A stretch of 64,000 nt of DNA from an uncultured Nitrososphaeraceae archaeon (lineage in GTDB: Archaea > Thermoproteota > Nitrososphaeria > Nitrososphaerales > Nitrososphaeraceae): NCBI GenBank assembly GCA_963765895.1, contig CAVXZB010000087.1, forward strand, positions 66,880 through 130,879, written 5' to 3'. The first letter of the stretch is position 1. Each line of letters begins with the position of its first letter. Both the position numbers and the translations under genes were made by a program. A model generated the notes under the pieces. It made no database searches, had not been told where the DNA came from, and saw only the letters and a program-made list of their open reading frames with translations. Shown one piece after another: positions 44,533 to 56,414 of the stretch.

Positions 44533-44905
44533 ATGAAACCGATCCTGCTAATGGTCGATGACGATCCTAAGGTACTACGAGCTATCGAGTTTGATTTGCA
44601 CCAGAAATATGGCAACCACTTCAGGGTATTAAAGGCAAACTCAGGAACAAGTTCACTTGATCTACTCAAGTTATTGAAACCTCGAAATGAGCAGACTGCA
44701 CTATTTCTAGTAGATTAGAGTAATGCCGCAAATGACAGGTGTAGAATTCCTTGAACTAGCCATGAAAAATTATCCAGATAGTAAACGAGTATTGCTTACA
44801 GTCTATGCCGACACGGATGCGGCTATCAAATATATCAATAAAGCAAAAAATTGATTTCTATATCATGAAACCATGGGATCCACTCGAAGAAAATATGTAT
44901 TCGCT
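44533..44905 (+). pseudogene. Receiver-domain remnant of the RR-thioredoxin reductase fusion type
   Basis: VDDDPKVLRAI...LFLVD*..MPQMTGVEFL...KRVLLTVYADTDAAI...KPWDP, with an in-frame stop and truncation. Confidence 0.75.
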
Positions 44906-44947
44906 ACGTCGCTAATGCTTATTATCAATATTCTACGATCCTACTTA

Positions 44948-45418
44948 ATGGTTGAAGGTATTATAATAGGATTTTCTGACATGCTGAGTATAGCACAAAC
45001 AGTTGAAATAGTAGGAACTATGGTATTGACACTTTTTTCTCAAAGAAGCAAATACAGAGTCTGTCAATTGATACACAAACTAGAGGTCTCAATGACTTAA
45101 GTGAAAAGTATCTCAAGATGGTAGAGCGTGCCATGGAAGACCAGTCGATACAAAGGGTGATAGATAACGAAGTAAAGCTATCACGAGTGGAAGCATACTC
45201 ATTTTATGTACTGTGGATATGTTTCTCATGCATATGCAATGCGTAAAAGAAAAGTACTTGATGATAATGAATTGGCAGGTTGGTCACAATGGATGAGACA
45301 TATATTTCGAAGGGGAACTATCAAAGAAATATGGAAACAAATAGAGTCAGACAAATGGTTTAATCCAGATTTTCAGAACTTCGTAAATAAAGAAATAGTA
45401 GGAACAAAACTTACATGA
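44948..45418 (+). CDS. Hypothetical single-TM protein, frameshifted
   Basis: Joined reading ...SIAQTVEIVGT...LNDLSEKY...SHAYAMRKRKVLDDNELAGW. Confidence 0.6.
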
Positions 45419-45951
45419 TAATTCAATTAAGAAATAACGTATTTGATAAATAGCTAAAGGTTAGTTACCATCGTACTACAAGTAATTGACACTCAAAGAT
45501 CTCAGGAAAAGAGTTACCTTCACTGTACAACGATAATCCAGTCTATTTGAAATATTGTAAAACGTCATTTTGGATTTGGGACATCAAACAAGATAAACAA
45601 GAAGATTTGATAACGAAGGTAGATTGCTGCTTCAATTATTTCATTAGTTACCACATTAAGTGACAATTGAAAAACGAATATTTGGTTATCAAAAGGCGTT
45701 GTATGATAAGCCACTTGTTCCAAATACAAATAATTCATTACAGCATGATAAGCGCAAGCACCTATGGGTTAGAAAGGCTACTAGTTTAGATATTATTGAA
45801 TTCATACGAGATCGATATATTTATTGTTGGATTTATTCAGTCTAGCAAGTCGATATCAATAGATTAAGAAATAAATATTTATTACCAATAAAGAACTGTA
45901 CCACAAAGTGAATAAAGAACACAATTATCAGTCTAAGGTAATAATATTCAA

Positions 45952-46584
45952 TTGTCAATAGTTTTTGATATAATAAGACCGTTAATAGAATTCATTATTT
46001 CATTTATTTCTAGAGTCGGCTATCTTGGGATATTTTTTTTAATGGTCCTTGAAAGTGCAATGATTCCAATTCCTAGTGAAATCATAATGCCTTTCTCAGG
46101 CTTCCTGGTCTCAGCTGGGAAATTCGGGCCTATACTTGTAGTACTAGCTGGTTCATTAGGAAATCTAGTTGGCTCGATTTTAACATATTATTTTGGTTTG
46201 AGGGTGGGCAGAGCGTTTATCATCAAATATGGGAAATATGTATTCTTTAAGAGAGAACATTTGGAATTCACAGAAAGACTCTTTAAAAACTATGGAGACA
46301 AGATTTCATTTGTAGGCAGATTATTGCCTGTAATAAGAACATATGTTTCACTCCCAGCAGGGATAGGAAGGACAAATTTTATTAAATTTGTGTTTTATAC
46401 GCTAATTGGTTCTCTTATCTGGAATTCCATACTTACGTTTGCTGGAATGCAACTTGGAAATAATTGGAAAAATATTGACAGGTATTCTATCTATTTAGAT
46501 ATAGTCACAATTTGTATAATTGTAGGTTTTAGTGCCTGGCTTGTACTCAAATTTAAGAAGGGAAGGGAGAAACAGGTATCATAG
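45952..46584 (+). CDS. dedA: DedA family membrane protein
   Basis: LESAMIPIPSEIIMPFSG and GRLLPVIRTYVSLPAG. Confidence 0.95.
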   Translation: MSIVFDIIRPLIEFIISFISRVGYLGIFFLMVLESAMIPIPSEIIMPFSGFLVSAGKFGPILVVLAGSLGNLVGSILTYYFGLRVGRAFIIKYGKYVFFKREHLEFTERLFKNYGDKISFVGRLLPVIRTYVSLPAGIGRTNFIKFVFYTLIGSLIWNSILTFAGMQLGNNWKNIDRYSIYLDIVTICIIVGFSAWLVLKFKKGREKQVS

Positions 46585-46704
46585 AAAACTTTATGTATGG
46601 TGTCTGGAAGCAAAACATGAATCTGCAAAGATGAGTTCGAGATATGAATAAAATACTTATTGGTTTACCAGTTTCGTAAATAGTATTTAATATACCTGTT
46701 TAAT

Positions 46705-47725
46705 TTACTGAACAGGGTGATCGACTGCTGTTTGATTTACATATAGATAATTTGTGTTTGGGTCAAATCTAATTTTATCCATAGTTATTACTCTAAACGC
46801 ATTATCGTGTAGATATTTCATTTCTGCATCAAACAAGCCTATATCAGGTACTGAATGGTTTTCGGCTATTGTCTATGGTGTGGTATGCCATTATAGGTAT
46901 TGCGTTAATTGTACCATTCATATTATACTGTGTCAGACTATTTACATCGTCAACAAATTTTGAAAATATAATCCTATCATTGTTAATGTATTTCTGATCC
47001 CAAGAATTATGGCTTTGTTCTCTAATCGAATATCTATTTACGGGATTTAGCTCCCCATGCTCATTATAAGTTTTGCAATTGGTTTGGTTGGGAGATTTTT
47101 CATACCTGGTACAATGCAAAAACATTAAATGAGCAAATCCGTTATCGGCAAGATCATAATATTTAGAAATTTCATTAATTATAGTTGAGTTATTCCATGC
47201 ATCCCCGTAGGGCACTGCAAAAATTGTAGCCGTGATCCCGTGATCTGCTAGACATTTCTTTGACTGACTAATTTCAAATTCCAAATCTTTGTAAGACAAA
47301 CCATTCAGATCTCTGTGTGTCACAGCTTTAGATTCCATATCTTGACCTTGACTGTGCAATGCCTGTATCATTTGCCAGCTCATTCGTGGACTTTTGTCAT
47401 CATCTACTGTACCTACCCAGTCGCATGTTACAAAGAAACTGCCTTTAAAGCCATACTTGTCAAGTATTGGTTTTGCATTAGTATATTGAGTTTGCGATAT
47501 ATCCCCAAAAGTTAAAATTATCAATTTGTTTAAATTATTAATACTAGTTTTAGTACGATTTTGATCAACTGATCCGATCTTGTTATGATCTTCACTTCCG
47601 AACACCACGATGTTATCCAGGGGGACATTTGAATCAAGGACTACCAGTATTGTTAAAACTAACAATGCCATTACCAACTGTTTCTGGATGCTTGCAAACA
47701 GGCGAATGGAGGATGAAAGTATCAT
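46705..47725 (-). CDS. Polysaccharide deacetylase (NodB/CE4)-like protein, degenerate; frameshift near 46848
   Basis: LTFGD, GFKGSFF, FAVPYG, IPIMAYH...FDAEMKYLHDNAFRVITM. Confidence 0.8.
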
Positions 47726-48097
47726 CGTAATATAGTATTAGGTATAATTATCTAAACTTATATAAGATTGTACATAGCTCCAAATAGAATTATATTCTAT
47801 GTTCTATATAATTAGATAACTGTACTTCTCTTAGATATGGGCAATTATATGATGTTTTGGATCAGTTTAATAACATCAATAAGGAATACCGTCTAGCATA
47901 ATGGTTGGATCTTTTCTAGGAAAAAATTTATTTATTTTCTAATAAATTCATCATTTTAGTACAGATGAAATTATTGGTTTGTGTGTAATTAATTCGCTAG
48001 CACGAATCGGACATGTCACTGATTATGTAAAAGGCTTGGCTAGTTATAAAACAAAACAAAAAATAAAATTGTGCTACTGTAATATTCTGTTCTAACC

Positions 48098-48297
48098 TTA
48101 AGTCTGCTTAATTAATTTTCAATATTTTTCTTCATTTCTCTTGACATCTTCTTTAAATTCTTGAGCGGTCATTTCATATGTTTCCATAGCATGCTTTTTG
48201 GTATTTTCAAATAATTCCTTGTTCTGTTATCTGCAATCATGTGAGAACAGTTCGGATTGCCCGCCTCTATATAATTTATTTATAACATTGGGTTCAT
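48098..48297 (-). pseudogene. Degraded DUF1059-like gene
   Basis: Fragments EAGNPNCSHMI and ELFENTKKHAMETY with stops. Confidence 0.5.
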
Positions 48298-48613
48298 GTT
48301 CAAAACCATCCACCGTATATAAAGATAGATTACTATTAATGGCAATCTGAATATATTTGTCAATCTCTGTCTGCTCGTATAAATTTTATTCGTTGACATG
48401 AGTTGAGATATTGTGGGGAAATAATTGGATTGCTACATTACTGCCTGATACTTTAGTAAATTACCCATCTTGATAATCGTTGCTTATAGGAGTATCTGTC
48501 ATTCCATAAACGTATCGATTAAGCTATAGTGTTACCAATACTAGAGTAACATAGTTAATCTATTCTTATATCTCAAGTCTACATTATTAACTTGTGAGGT
48601 GAAATTGTTAAAA

Positions 48614-48724
48614 ATGCAGATTAATATTATTAATAAGCTAAAACACGACAAAGTAACCTTTGGATTGATAGCTGTATTGGTGATCGTAGTTGGAGTATTG
48701 GGATATATAGTCTTAAGCATATAG
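48614..48724 (+). CDS. 36-aa single-TM peptide
   Basis: MQINIINKLKHDKVTFGLIAVLVIVVGVLGYIVLSI. Confidence 0.35.
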   Translation: MQINIINKLKHDKVTFGLIAVLVIVVGVLGYIVLSI

Positions 48725-48982
48725 TGGACCAGTAATTCATCTGGAGCCATAATACTTTCTTTTTTTGAGCGTATAAAATCAACTAATACTATTTTATCTT
48801 TTCAATCATTTAATCATTTATGATAAAAGTAACAATTACGCGACGATACATATTACGAGATATGTTTTTGACAAGTAGAGATGGACTATTATTAATAGTT
48901 TTGATGTTGACAATTCCAATATCTGTGTCATATCTACTGTCTTGTTATATGAACAATGGGTAATTTTCTTTTAGATATTTTC

Positions 48983-50365
48983 CTATCGTCTAAGCGCCTC
49001 TAGAGGAGACAGCCTTGAAGCTCTCCAAGCTGGAAACAAACCAGCAGCTAGACTCAGTATTACAGAAAGAATCCACACATCGAAGAGGCTAACCGCAACG
49101 AAATCTGGAGTTATATGGGATGCTCCTGCCCCAGGCCCAGCTCCTCCGGGACCTGGCGTCGTTGGACTAGAGCCAGACGTCAGAACATAAGCACCACCAA
49201 TGCCGGTCACTATTCCTAATGTAGCCCCCAAAAGACCAATAAATAATGCCTCTACTAAAAATAGTACCAGGATGAACCTGCTTTTTGCACCAATAGCTTT
49301 CATAGTTCCAATTTCTTTCGTTCTTTCGTTAACTGAAGTATAAAGTGTAGTTATAATTCCTACAGCACCTACTAATAATGCAATAAACGCTATAGCCAAT
49401 GTAAATGCACTATTTCCACTTTGAAATTGTTGTCTTGTTTGCAGTATCGCTTTAGGAGTAATTACTCCAATATTATTACCATATAATCCAGTAATTTCTT
49501 GTTGAACTGTATTAACATAGTCACCAGATAATGCAGCCACTACCATCTGATTGTATTTTCCTCCTTTATGGAACAAGGAATTGCCAGTAGCTTCGTTAAT
49601 AATTACGGCCCTATCGATCTGATTATTGCCAGATGGTTGAATTATACCACTTATTACAAAGCTCTTTGATTCATCTTTTGATTTCCCGGTAGTAGCATCC
49701 ACGTATGTAAATGTCACTCTAACCGTTTGACCAACTGTTACAAATGGGGTAGACTTGCCTGGAGGATTAGCTATACTGTCTCCTACGAGCATAGACGAAG
49801 GATTATTTGATTGAATTACTGAGCCAGGAACAAGTTGGAGTGAAGGATTAATCAAGTATATCTTCTGTGGATCCATAGACAGCACCTGCGAGTTCAAAAT
49901 GTTTCCTTGCGCATTAATCTGCAGTTGACCCTGATAAGATGGAACTACTTGCTCAACAAACGGCAATGATTTTATTCTATTAACTACCTGGGAATTTAGG
50001 ATGATCGTTGGTGTGCTAAATCCTCCGCCACGAAATCCATGCTGACCAGAGCTTACAAACAAAACATTTGGAGCTAGAGTATTTAATTGCTTATTTAGAA
50101 ACTTGCTTTGTCCAGCACTCATTCCGTTGAGTGCGACCATTAGGCCACTACCTACTACAACCATTAATATTGTTAGGGCAGATCTTGCCTTCCTATCCTT
50201 AAGTGCATCAAACGACAGTACGAAAATTTGTTTGATGTTTTTATGGGAATTTCCGGCCTTGCGTATTACTAGTGTGGACTTTGAACTATGAATTGCTCTG
50301 CCTGTTGCAGACTCTTTAGAACTCGAATCATCGCGTATACCATTGTTAATCTCTTTGACACCCAT
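48983..50365 (-). CDS. MacB/FtsX-family ABC transporter permease
   Basis: RSALTIL, periplasmic core, SVNERTKEIGTMKAIGA, PAWRASRLSPLEALR. Confidence 0.93.
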   Translation of the reverse strand: MGVKEINNGIRDDSSSKESATGRAIHSSKSTLVIRKAGNSHKNIKQIFVLSFDALKDRKARSALTILMVVVGSGLMVALNGMSAGQSKFLNKQLNTLAPNVLFVSSGQHGFRGGGFSTPTIILNSQVVNRIKSLPFVEQVVPSYQGQLQINAQGNILNSQVLSMDPQKIYLINPSLQLVPGSVIQSNNPSSMLVGDSIANPPGKSTPFVTVGQTVRVTFTYVDATTGKSKDESKSFVISGIIQPSGNNQIDRAVIINEATGNSLFHKGGKYNQMVVAALSGDYVNTVQQEITGLYGNNIGVITPKAILQTRQQFQSGNSAFTLAIAFIALLVGAVGIITTLYTSVNERTKEIGTMKAIGAKSRFILVLFLVEALFIGLLGATLGIVTGIGGAYVLTSGSSPTTPGPGGAGPGAGASHITPDFVAVSLFDVWILSVILSLAAGLFPAWRASRLSPLEALRR

Positions 50366-50591
50366 TTCAAGCTTCCATTTTTGTATTCTGATTTTCCAAT
50401 AGAGCAATTTACCTTGATGACCCAATTCTAGTCGAAAAACTCTTCAGTAGCTTTGATATTCATCCATTCATTTTCTAGATTGCTAGTTTCCTTGCACATA
50501 CTTTTATAGTTAATATCTACAAGTCGTATACAATTAAGAAGAAGATATAATTCATTAAGCATCAATATACACATAATAATCGGAGCTATTG

Positions 50592-50625
50592 TTATAAAAA
50601 TAGTGTTATACATTCGACGAATGTA
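50592..50625 (-). promoter_or_regulatory. Palindromic operator plus TATA box (twin of 44053-44086)
   Basis: TTATAAAAA-N8-TACATTCGACGAATGTA. Confidence 0.6.
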
Positions 50626-51016
50626 CTATAACGAAATGTAAATCTTCATTTTTATTTATCCCTTTGTCATAATTTCAAGAGCTTTGAGAAAGGAGCATAC
50701 ATACAATACTTATTACAATAGCTCAAGCGAATTCATAATATCAGTAAAATGTTTGCATACATTAGATATCGTGAATATCTATAGTACTTGAAATTTTGCG
50801 TATCTCATCTCCTGCTATGGTCCATGTTACAACTGTTTTGTAGTAGCCTTGTACAGCATTGGCAGTAGCCATTATCAATTAGAAATCAAGATATACTTTC
50901 AAAATGCCTAGTAAGTAGTGATTAGTAATGAAAGTAAAGCCTATATTGTATTTTATAGGGTTAAAATTAGTCGCAAATTAGATGGAAGCAGACTAGTTCA
51001 AAGTTAATAAAAGGAA

Positions 51017-51940
51017 ATGAGTGGTGAAATATATATGCAAATAAATGCCATATTATCTGACTACGATGGAACATTGTGTCCAACAACTTCTATAAATAAC
51101 GAAGACAATGCTGTCGCAAAAGAGATAGAAAATATTTTATGGCATATTTCTGAAATGATACCGGTCTGCATTGTATCTAGCAAAGATTTTGAATTTCTTC
51201 ATAGAAGGACTAGATATGCTAACGTGACTTCTTGTATTATGGGAATTGAGACTCTGGTTTTACAAAGACATAAAGTGATGGCAGATTTATCGACATATTC
51301 AGAAATTGGGAAAGCGGAAAGACATTTGGAATGTCGAAATCTTGGCTGTATAAAAGAGAGTTATTTAAGGAACCAAGATGAGATACTCCAGTACAACTCT
51401 CATCTATTATATCAATTAGCAGAACTCGTCAGAATCAATTTTGATGAAATACGGATTGAAGAGAAGTTTACTGTGACCGGTAAAAAAGTATTGGCAGGCA
51501 TAACATTAGATTGGAGAAACGTAAAGGATTGGAAACTATTTAAAACACATTCCGAGCCACAATTGAAAAAAATGATTATTCAAAAAAAGCAGAATGGACT
51601 TGATTCGAAACGACCTAATATATATATTCAAAATTATAGCACTCATCCATTTCTTGATCTATATTCTACCACATGTGACAAGGGCAGGGCATATGACCAA
51701 ATTATTTCAATGATGCCAATTGTCGAGAAAAGACAATGTAATGTAATCTATCTAGGCGATTCAGAGAATGATAATCCTGGGTTTCGAAAGGCCACAGTTT
51801 CAATTGGCATATACTCTGATACTAGATTGAAACCAAAATTAGATTGTAGATATTATCTTCACATTAGTAAGCTATCGATATTCTTAAAAAATCTCCTCGC
51901 AAACAGTTTACAATTTTCACCCAGTCTAATTACCAGGTAA
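51017..51940 (+). CDS. HAD-superfamily (IIB-like) hydrolase
   Basis: SDYDGTL, IVSSK, DKG, YLGDSEND. Confidence 0.85.
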   Translation: MSGEIYMQINAILSDYDGTLCPTTSINNEDNAVAKEIENILWHISEMIPVCIVSSKDFEFLHRRTRYANVTSCIMGIETLVLQRHKVMADLSTYSEIGKAERHLECRNLGCIKESYLRNQDEILQYNSHLLYQLAELVRINFDEIRIEEKFTVTGKKVLAGITLDWRNVKDWKLFKTHSEPQLKKMIIQKKQNGLDSKRPNIYIQNYSTHPFLDLYSTTCDKGRAYDQIISMMPIVEKRQCNVIYLGDSENDNPGFRKATVSIGIYSDTRLKPKLDCRYYLHISKLSIFLKNLLANSLQFSPSLITR

Positions 51941-52109
51941 GCCAAGAAATAATGCAGTACAAAGACTATGAATAATCAATATAAGATGACTAGTGGAATT
52001 GATACTATGAGGAAGGCTATTATTTGATAAACCTTGCGATATAAAGTGGTATTTAGTAGACAAATAATAACAACATGTATTAATTAATTGACATGCTATA
52101 TAGATATTC

Positions 52110-52862
52110 ATGGTAGAACGGTGGCTTGGGTTTACTAACCTGCCATTACTGGAACAGGCTCGCGCCAGGGTAACTAGAACATTAATTGATGGTATACAAC
52201 TTAACATGTCAACTGAAGAGGCGAAAAAATTGCTGAAAAGACATGTAAATACCAAAATCAATCTGGTAACTATGATCGTAGATATTAATGACTCAACACA
52301 ATTGAGTCTCTCATTGCCTGAGGACAAATTCGCTTTAGTATTACAAACTTTTGTTCAAGAAGTAAGTATTGCTGTATTAGGTTATGGTGGCTATGTGTTC
52401 AAGTATGAAGGTGATGCCATAATCATATTATTTTCAGCGGGTTTTGACGAGGTCAAAGCATGCGAGAATGCGTTACGATTTTCAACAGCAATATTGGGAA
52501 TCATGAGAGAGGTTATTAACCCCATATTTAGAACAAATGACTTACCAGAAATTTCGGTAAGAATCGGACTGGCTTATGGCTATATCTTAGTAGTACTTTA
52601 TGGTAAGAGTGTGGAGAGTGCACACATAGACATAATTGGTTCTAGTATAAGCTTGGCTGCAAAGATTACATCTATCGCAAAGGCTAATCAGATATTATTA
52701 GGAGAACGTATTTACAATATTCTCTTATCGTCCATTAACTATGAAGAAGTAGATAATAATAGCAAATTTATGGAGGTAAATCTTGATACTGCAAAATGGA
52801 AATATCTATCTCATTCTGATTCCCAAAGTTTGTATCGCGTATATGAATATTTAGGAGAGTGA
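52110..52862 (+). CDS. Class III adenylate/guanylate cyclase domain protein
   Basis: VDINDST, KYEGDAI, VRIGLAYG, DIIG..ISLAAKI. Confidence 0.88.
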   Translation: MVERWLGFTNLPLLEQARARVTRTLIDGIQLNMSTEEAKKLLKRHVNTKINLVTMIVDINDSTQLSLSLPEDKFALVLQTFVQEVSIAVLGYGGYVFKYEGDAIIILFSAGFDEVKACENALRFSTAILGIMREVINPIFRTNDLPEISVRIGLAYGYILVVLYGKSVESAHIDIIGSSISLAAKITSIAKANQILLGERIYNILLSSINYEEVDNNSKFMEVNLDTAKWKYLSHSDSQSLYRVYEYLGE

Positions 52863-53029
52863 TAAGTTATATCCAGTGGATATAAATGACTAAAAATAGT
52901 TAACATATATTTTGAATCCTTCCAACAAGACTATTAAAAATAGAAAATAGATAAATTATTTAGCAATTTCATCAAATCAATAGACCGTCAAATATACTCC
53001 ATAGAGGATTCGATCCTAAATATGTAGAA

Positions 53030-54111
53030 TCAAATTATTCCCTTTCGGTAGAGAATATATGTTGCTGCAACAGGCAGCTGGGATACCTATTATAATAGCA
53101 TATACAACATAGACAAGTGTTACAAGACTTATCTGAAATGAACTAGACTGGCGATTAGATTTCTCGTATTGTGATGCAAGTTGGCTAGCAGAAGATGAAG
53201 AAATACTGGGATTATTATACACTGTAGTATTAAAAGGCAGCAAAGGCAGTTTTTATACCACCGACGTTCTCTATTCGAATATTTATAGGACCAGAATTTG
53301 CAAATACGTAGTTTTGTACATTCATTCCAATCTGTGCACTAGTTGGAACTCGTTTCAGTTGCTTTCCATTTTGTAGTAGCACAAAATCAAAGGCTAAAAG
53401 ATTAGGCTTATTGTTTGCGCGATCAAAGAAGCTTACAAAAAATGTTGTTTCCTTACCTGTTAGCAATACTTTAGGCTCCCAACTCAATCCTACTTCCATC
53501 TTCCCATCAGGAGTAAATGCATATACAGGAAGTTTATCTATTCGTTTGCCAGTGTTAGTCACCGGGTAACTAGGTATAATAATATTCTGTGCCTGAGCTT
53601 TTACATTAATTACTCCTTCCATCCATGGATGAATAGTACAGAAATAATTGTATACCCCAGGACTAGTAAAAGTATGTGTCCAAGATTGTCCTGGCTTAAA
53701 TAGACCACTATTAAAATCGCCTGTTGGAGTACCCTTCTTGTTAACGTTAACTAAGCTTTCCATACCAGCTCCAGCACCGCTTGTAACAGTATGGGCTTCA
53801 GTATCCTGGTTTATCCAGGTTACGGTGTCGTTTGCACCTATCAGTAATTCTCTTGGCAAATACCATTGTTTAGGACCTAGCTTTGTTATATCAACTTCAG
53901 GATTCGCTGATCCCTTAGGGATGGTTATAGTATAATGCTTGCCAGTTATAGCATAGGCTAAATTGTTATAATGTATATTATGTAAAAGAGAAAAGGAATG
54001 AACAAGAGAAAATAATAGGAAGCAAATTGCAATACTTATGATGAACGGTAACGCTGTAATGGATAATCTTGTAGCAGGCAAAGTCGTTTTATCTTCGCAA
54101 TTGATGCTCAC
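53030..54111 (-). CDS. Membrane-anchored cupredoxin (two 1-bp insertions)
   Basis: EAHTVTSG and YFCTIHPWMEG; C-terminal TM ending YRKGII after correction. Confidence 0.88.
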
Positions 54112-54120
54112 AGCTGGCGA

Positions 54121-54522
54121 TTAGAGAACTAGCTCAATTTGTGAATTTGTATTTACCTTAATTTTATTTCTATTTTTAATGTTAGAATGTTCTTTATTCC
54201 AATGATCTGCGAATTTAATTTTCGTCTTTTCAATCCTTGAGTCCGATTGTATTAGAAAATAAAACATAAACCTCCAGCCCAACTTATTACATTCTTTGCA
54301 TTTGGATACATAATTTGAAGAAAAGCCATATGCCTCGCCTACCACGCATGTTGACGAATTCTTAAGTTCTCGGTACCATTGTAACCGAATTGTTGAAAAT
54401 GGAGGGACATTATATCTTACTTGATTCAGACGTTCTGACCATATCGGGGATATTTCAGAAAATAGTAATTCGTTTGGCGATCTACAACTGGCTATATTAT
54501 CATAAGGGGCTTTTGCATACAT
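54121..54522 (-). CDS. Cys-containing hypothetical protein
   Basis: CVVGEAYGF, CKEC and HWNKEH; possible metal site. Confidence 0.7.
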   Translation of the reverse strand: MYAKAPYDNIASCRSPNELLFSEISPIWSERLNQVRYNVPPFSTIRLQWYRELKNSSTCVVGEAYGFSSNYVSKCKECNKLGWRFMFYFLIQSDSRIEKTKIKFADHWNKEHSNIKNRNKIKVNTNSQIELVL

Positions 54523-54811
54523 TATATTAGTATAGAAATAATAATATTAAACTGTATATGATTGCAACTGATTGCAATACAACTACAATTTTCCTCGTGG
54601 ATTTAATCTAGCTATTAAGGATTAAAATATGCGAGTAACTAAACAAGAAAGAGTAGGAGACAGAAAAGTACACAATAAATGATAGCGAATTGGTTGATTT
54701 CTTTAGGAGTGTACTAGCATCTTTTTGTACTTTCGGAGATTATAACAGTGAATGGTTTGCGTCAAGTACATGTGTATTCGGTGCACAATCATTACGTGGT
54801 GGGTAATTATT

Positions 54812-55798
54812 CTAACCTTTTTTGGCCTTGGCTCCTTGTTTATCGATCTTTTTGAATGATGGATTAATCATCATCATTGCAACCCCTGCTGATATTATCC
54901 CTGTAGCAATTACAGTTTGAGTGGTTATCGGTTCATTCAGTATAACCCATCCTAAGAATACCGCTATCACAGGTACAATATACGCAAATGTATTCGCTAA
55001 CGATGGTGTAGTAGATTCAAGAAGCCAATAGAATATCGAATACCCAATTGCAGTACATACTATGGTAAGAAATAGAAAAGATATCAAAATGTTATTTGTT
55101 GGCGAAAAAAGTGCTTTTAGACCATAAATTTCATCAGTATCTGTAAATATTGATATAGCCAGTAAAATTATACCGCCTATTAGCATAAACATTCCGGTAG
55201 GCAAAAGAATAGCCCGTCCAGTACTTAAATCACGTACTGGATTTGAATAAATTGAGCCCATTGCCCACGAGATGGAGCTGATTGTCAAAAAAATAATACC
55301 AATCCAACTAGATCCTCCTCCTTCTATAGTAGGAAGTACAAGAATGATGAGTCCTACGAAGCCAGTAACAATTCCTGCCGAGCCCAACCTAGTCGGTATT
55401 TTCCTGAAGAACATTAATACAAATATTGCCACCCAAATTGGTATAGTGGAGTTAACAAGGGCTGCAGCTCCAGAGGACAAATATTGAGCTCCCAATGCTA
55501 ATAATCCCTGTCCTCCCACAATGAAGAACAAAGCTGACAATATCCAGCTTCTCCACATCTGTTTATTTTTTATCGTAATGTGATGATAATCTATTGTATT
55601 GGATCGCTTAAGGTTGATATAATGCAGGATATAATGGGTTGCTATTAGCAATATTCCAGCCATGAAAAAGCGCATCCCAAATGCAACAAGCGGTGTGACT
55701 CCCTCTACTACAATCTTAATCGCGATGAAGCTCGACCCCCACAAAATTGATAGCATCACTATAGACGCTAACACCATTGGCTTTGAATGGTGCATGAG
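54812..55798 (-). CDS. EamA/DMT family transporter
   Basis: LWGSSFIAIK, about 10 TM helices, FAYIVPVIAVFLGWVILNE. Confidence 0.92.
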   Translation of the reverse strand, partial: LMHHSKPMVLASIVMLSILWGSSFIAIKIVVEGVTPLVAFGMRFFMAGILLIATHYILHYINLKRSNTIDYHHITIKNKQMWRSWILSALFFIVGGQGLLALGAQYLSSGAAALVNSTIPIWVAIFVLMFFRKIPTRLGSAGIVTGFVGLIILVLPTIEGGGSSWIGIIFLTISSISWAMGSIYSNPVRDLSTGRAILLPTGMFMLIGGIILLAISIFTDTDEIYGLKALFSPTNNILISFLFLTIVCTAIGYSIFYWLLESTTPSLANTFAYIVPVIAVFLGWVILNEPITTQTVIATGIISAGVAMMMINPSFKKIDKQGAKAKKG

Positions 55799-56414
55799 TC
55801 CTAACAGGTCTTTCTTTATATTTATTTTGTTAGTCCATAGATAATTCGTAAAAACTATCACAATAATTAAAGATTCGTTAGCCTGTGCAGATTATAGGCT
55901 AGGCATATGAATGGTAATTCCCTGTTCTGTATTCTAGTTAATCCCGACATCAGATGCCCTCCAAATAGTGTTTATGACTACGCGCTTAGATATATGATTA
56001 GAATACGTATTTGAAAAGTGTTTATACATAGCCATGAAGGAAAATTGATTGTACACAGTAAATATTAGTTAAAAGCAAGTCCTAGACATTTTTGTTGTTA
56101 CTAAAGTTTTTTGTTACTAAAATGTATGTATACATAATCATTAATCATTATAAATGAATAGATATGTGCTTTCATCAAATGGTCAGATGATGATATAGCT
56201 GAATTCGTTGTGAGATTGGTTGGAAAACATCATACTAATTACCAGCTCTTTTCATGTGAAAATGAAGAGATGCATTAGCAGGTCAAAACTTACGGATTTG
56301 GATCACTTGCAGGAGATCTGAAGTTTTCTGATAGTTAGGCGTACAATTAGTTAGCCTCTTCTAAGTATCAAAAATTAGTGAAAACCTTTTATGCAATATT
56401 GTGGCTACAGTCTT

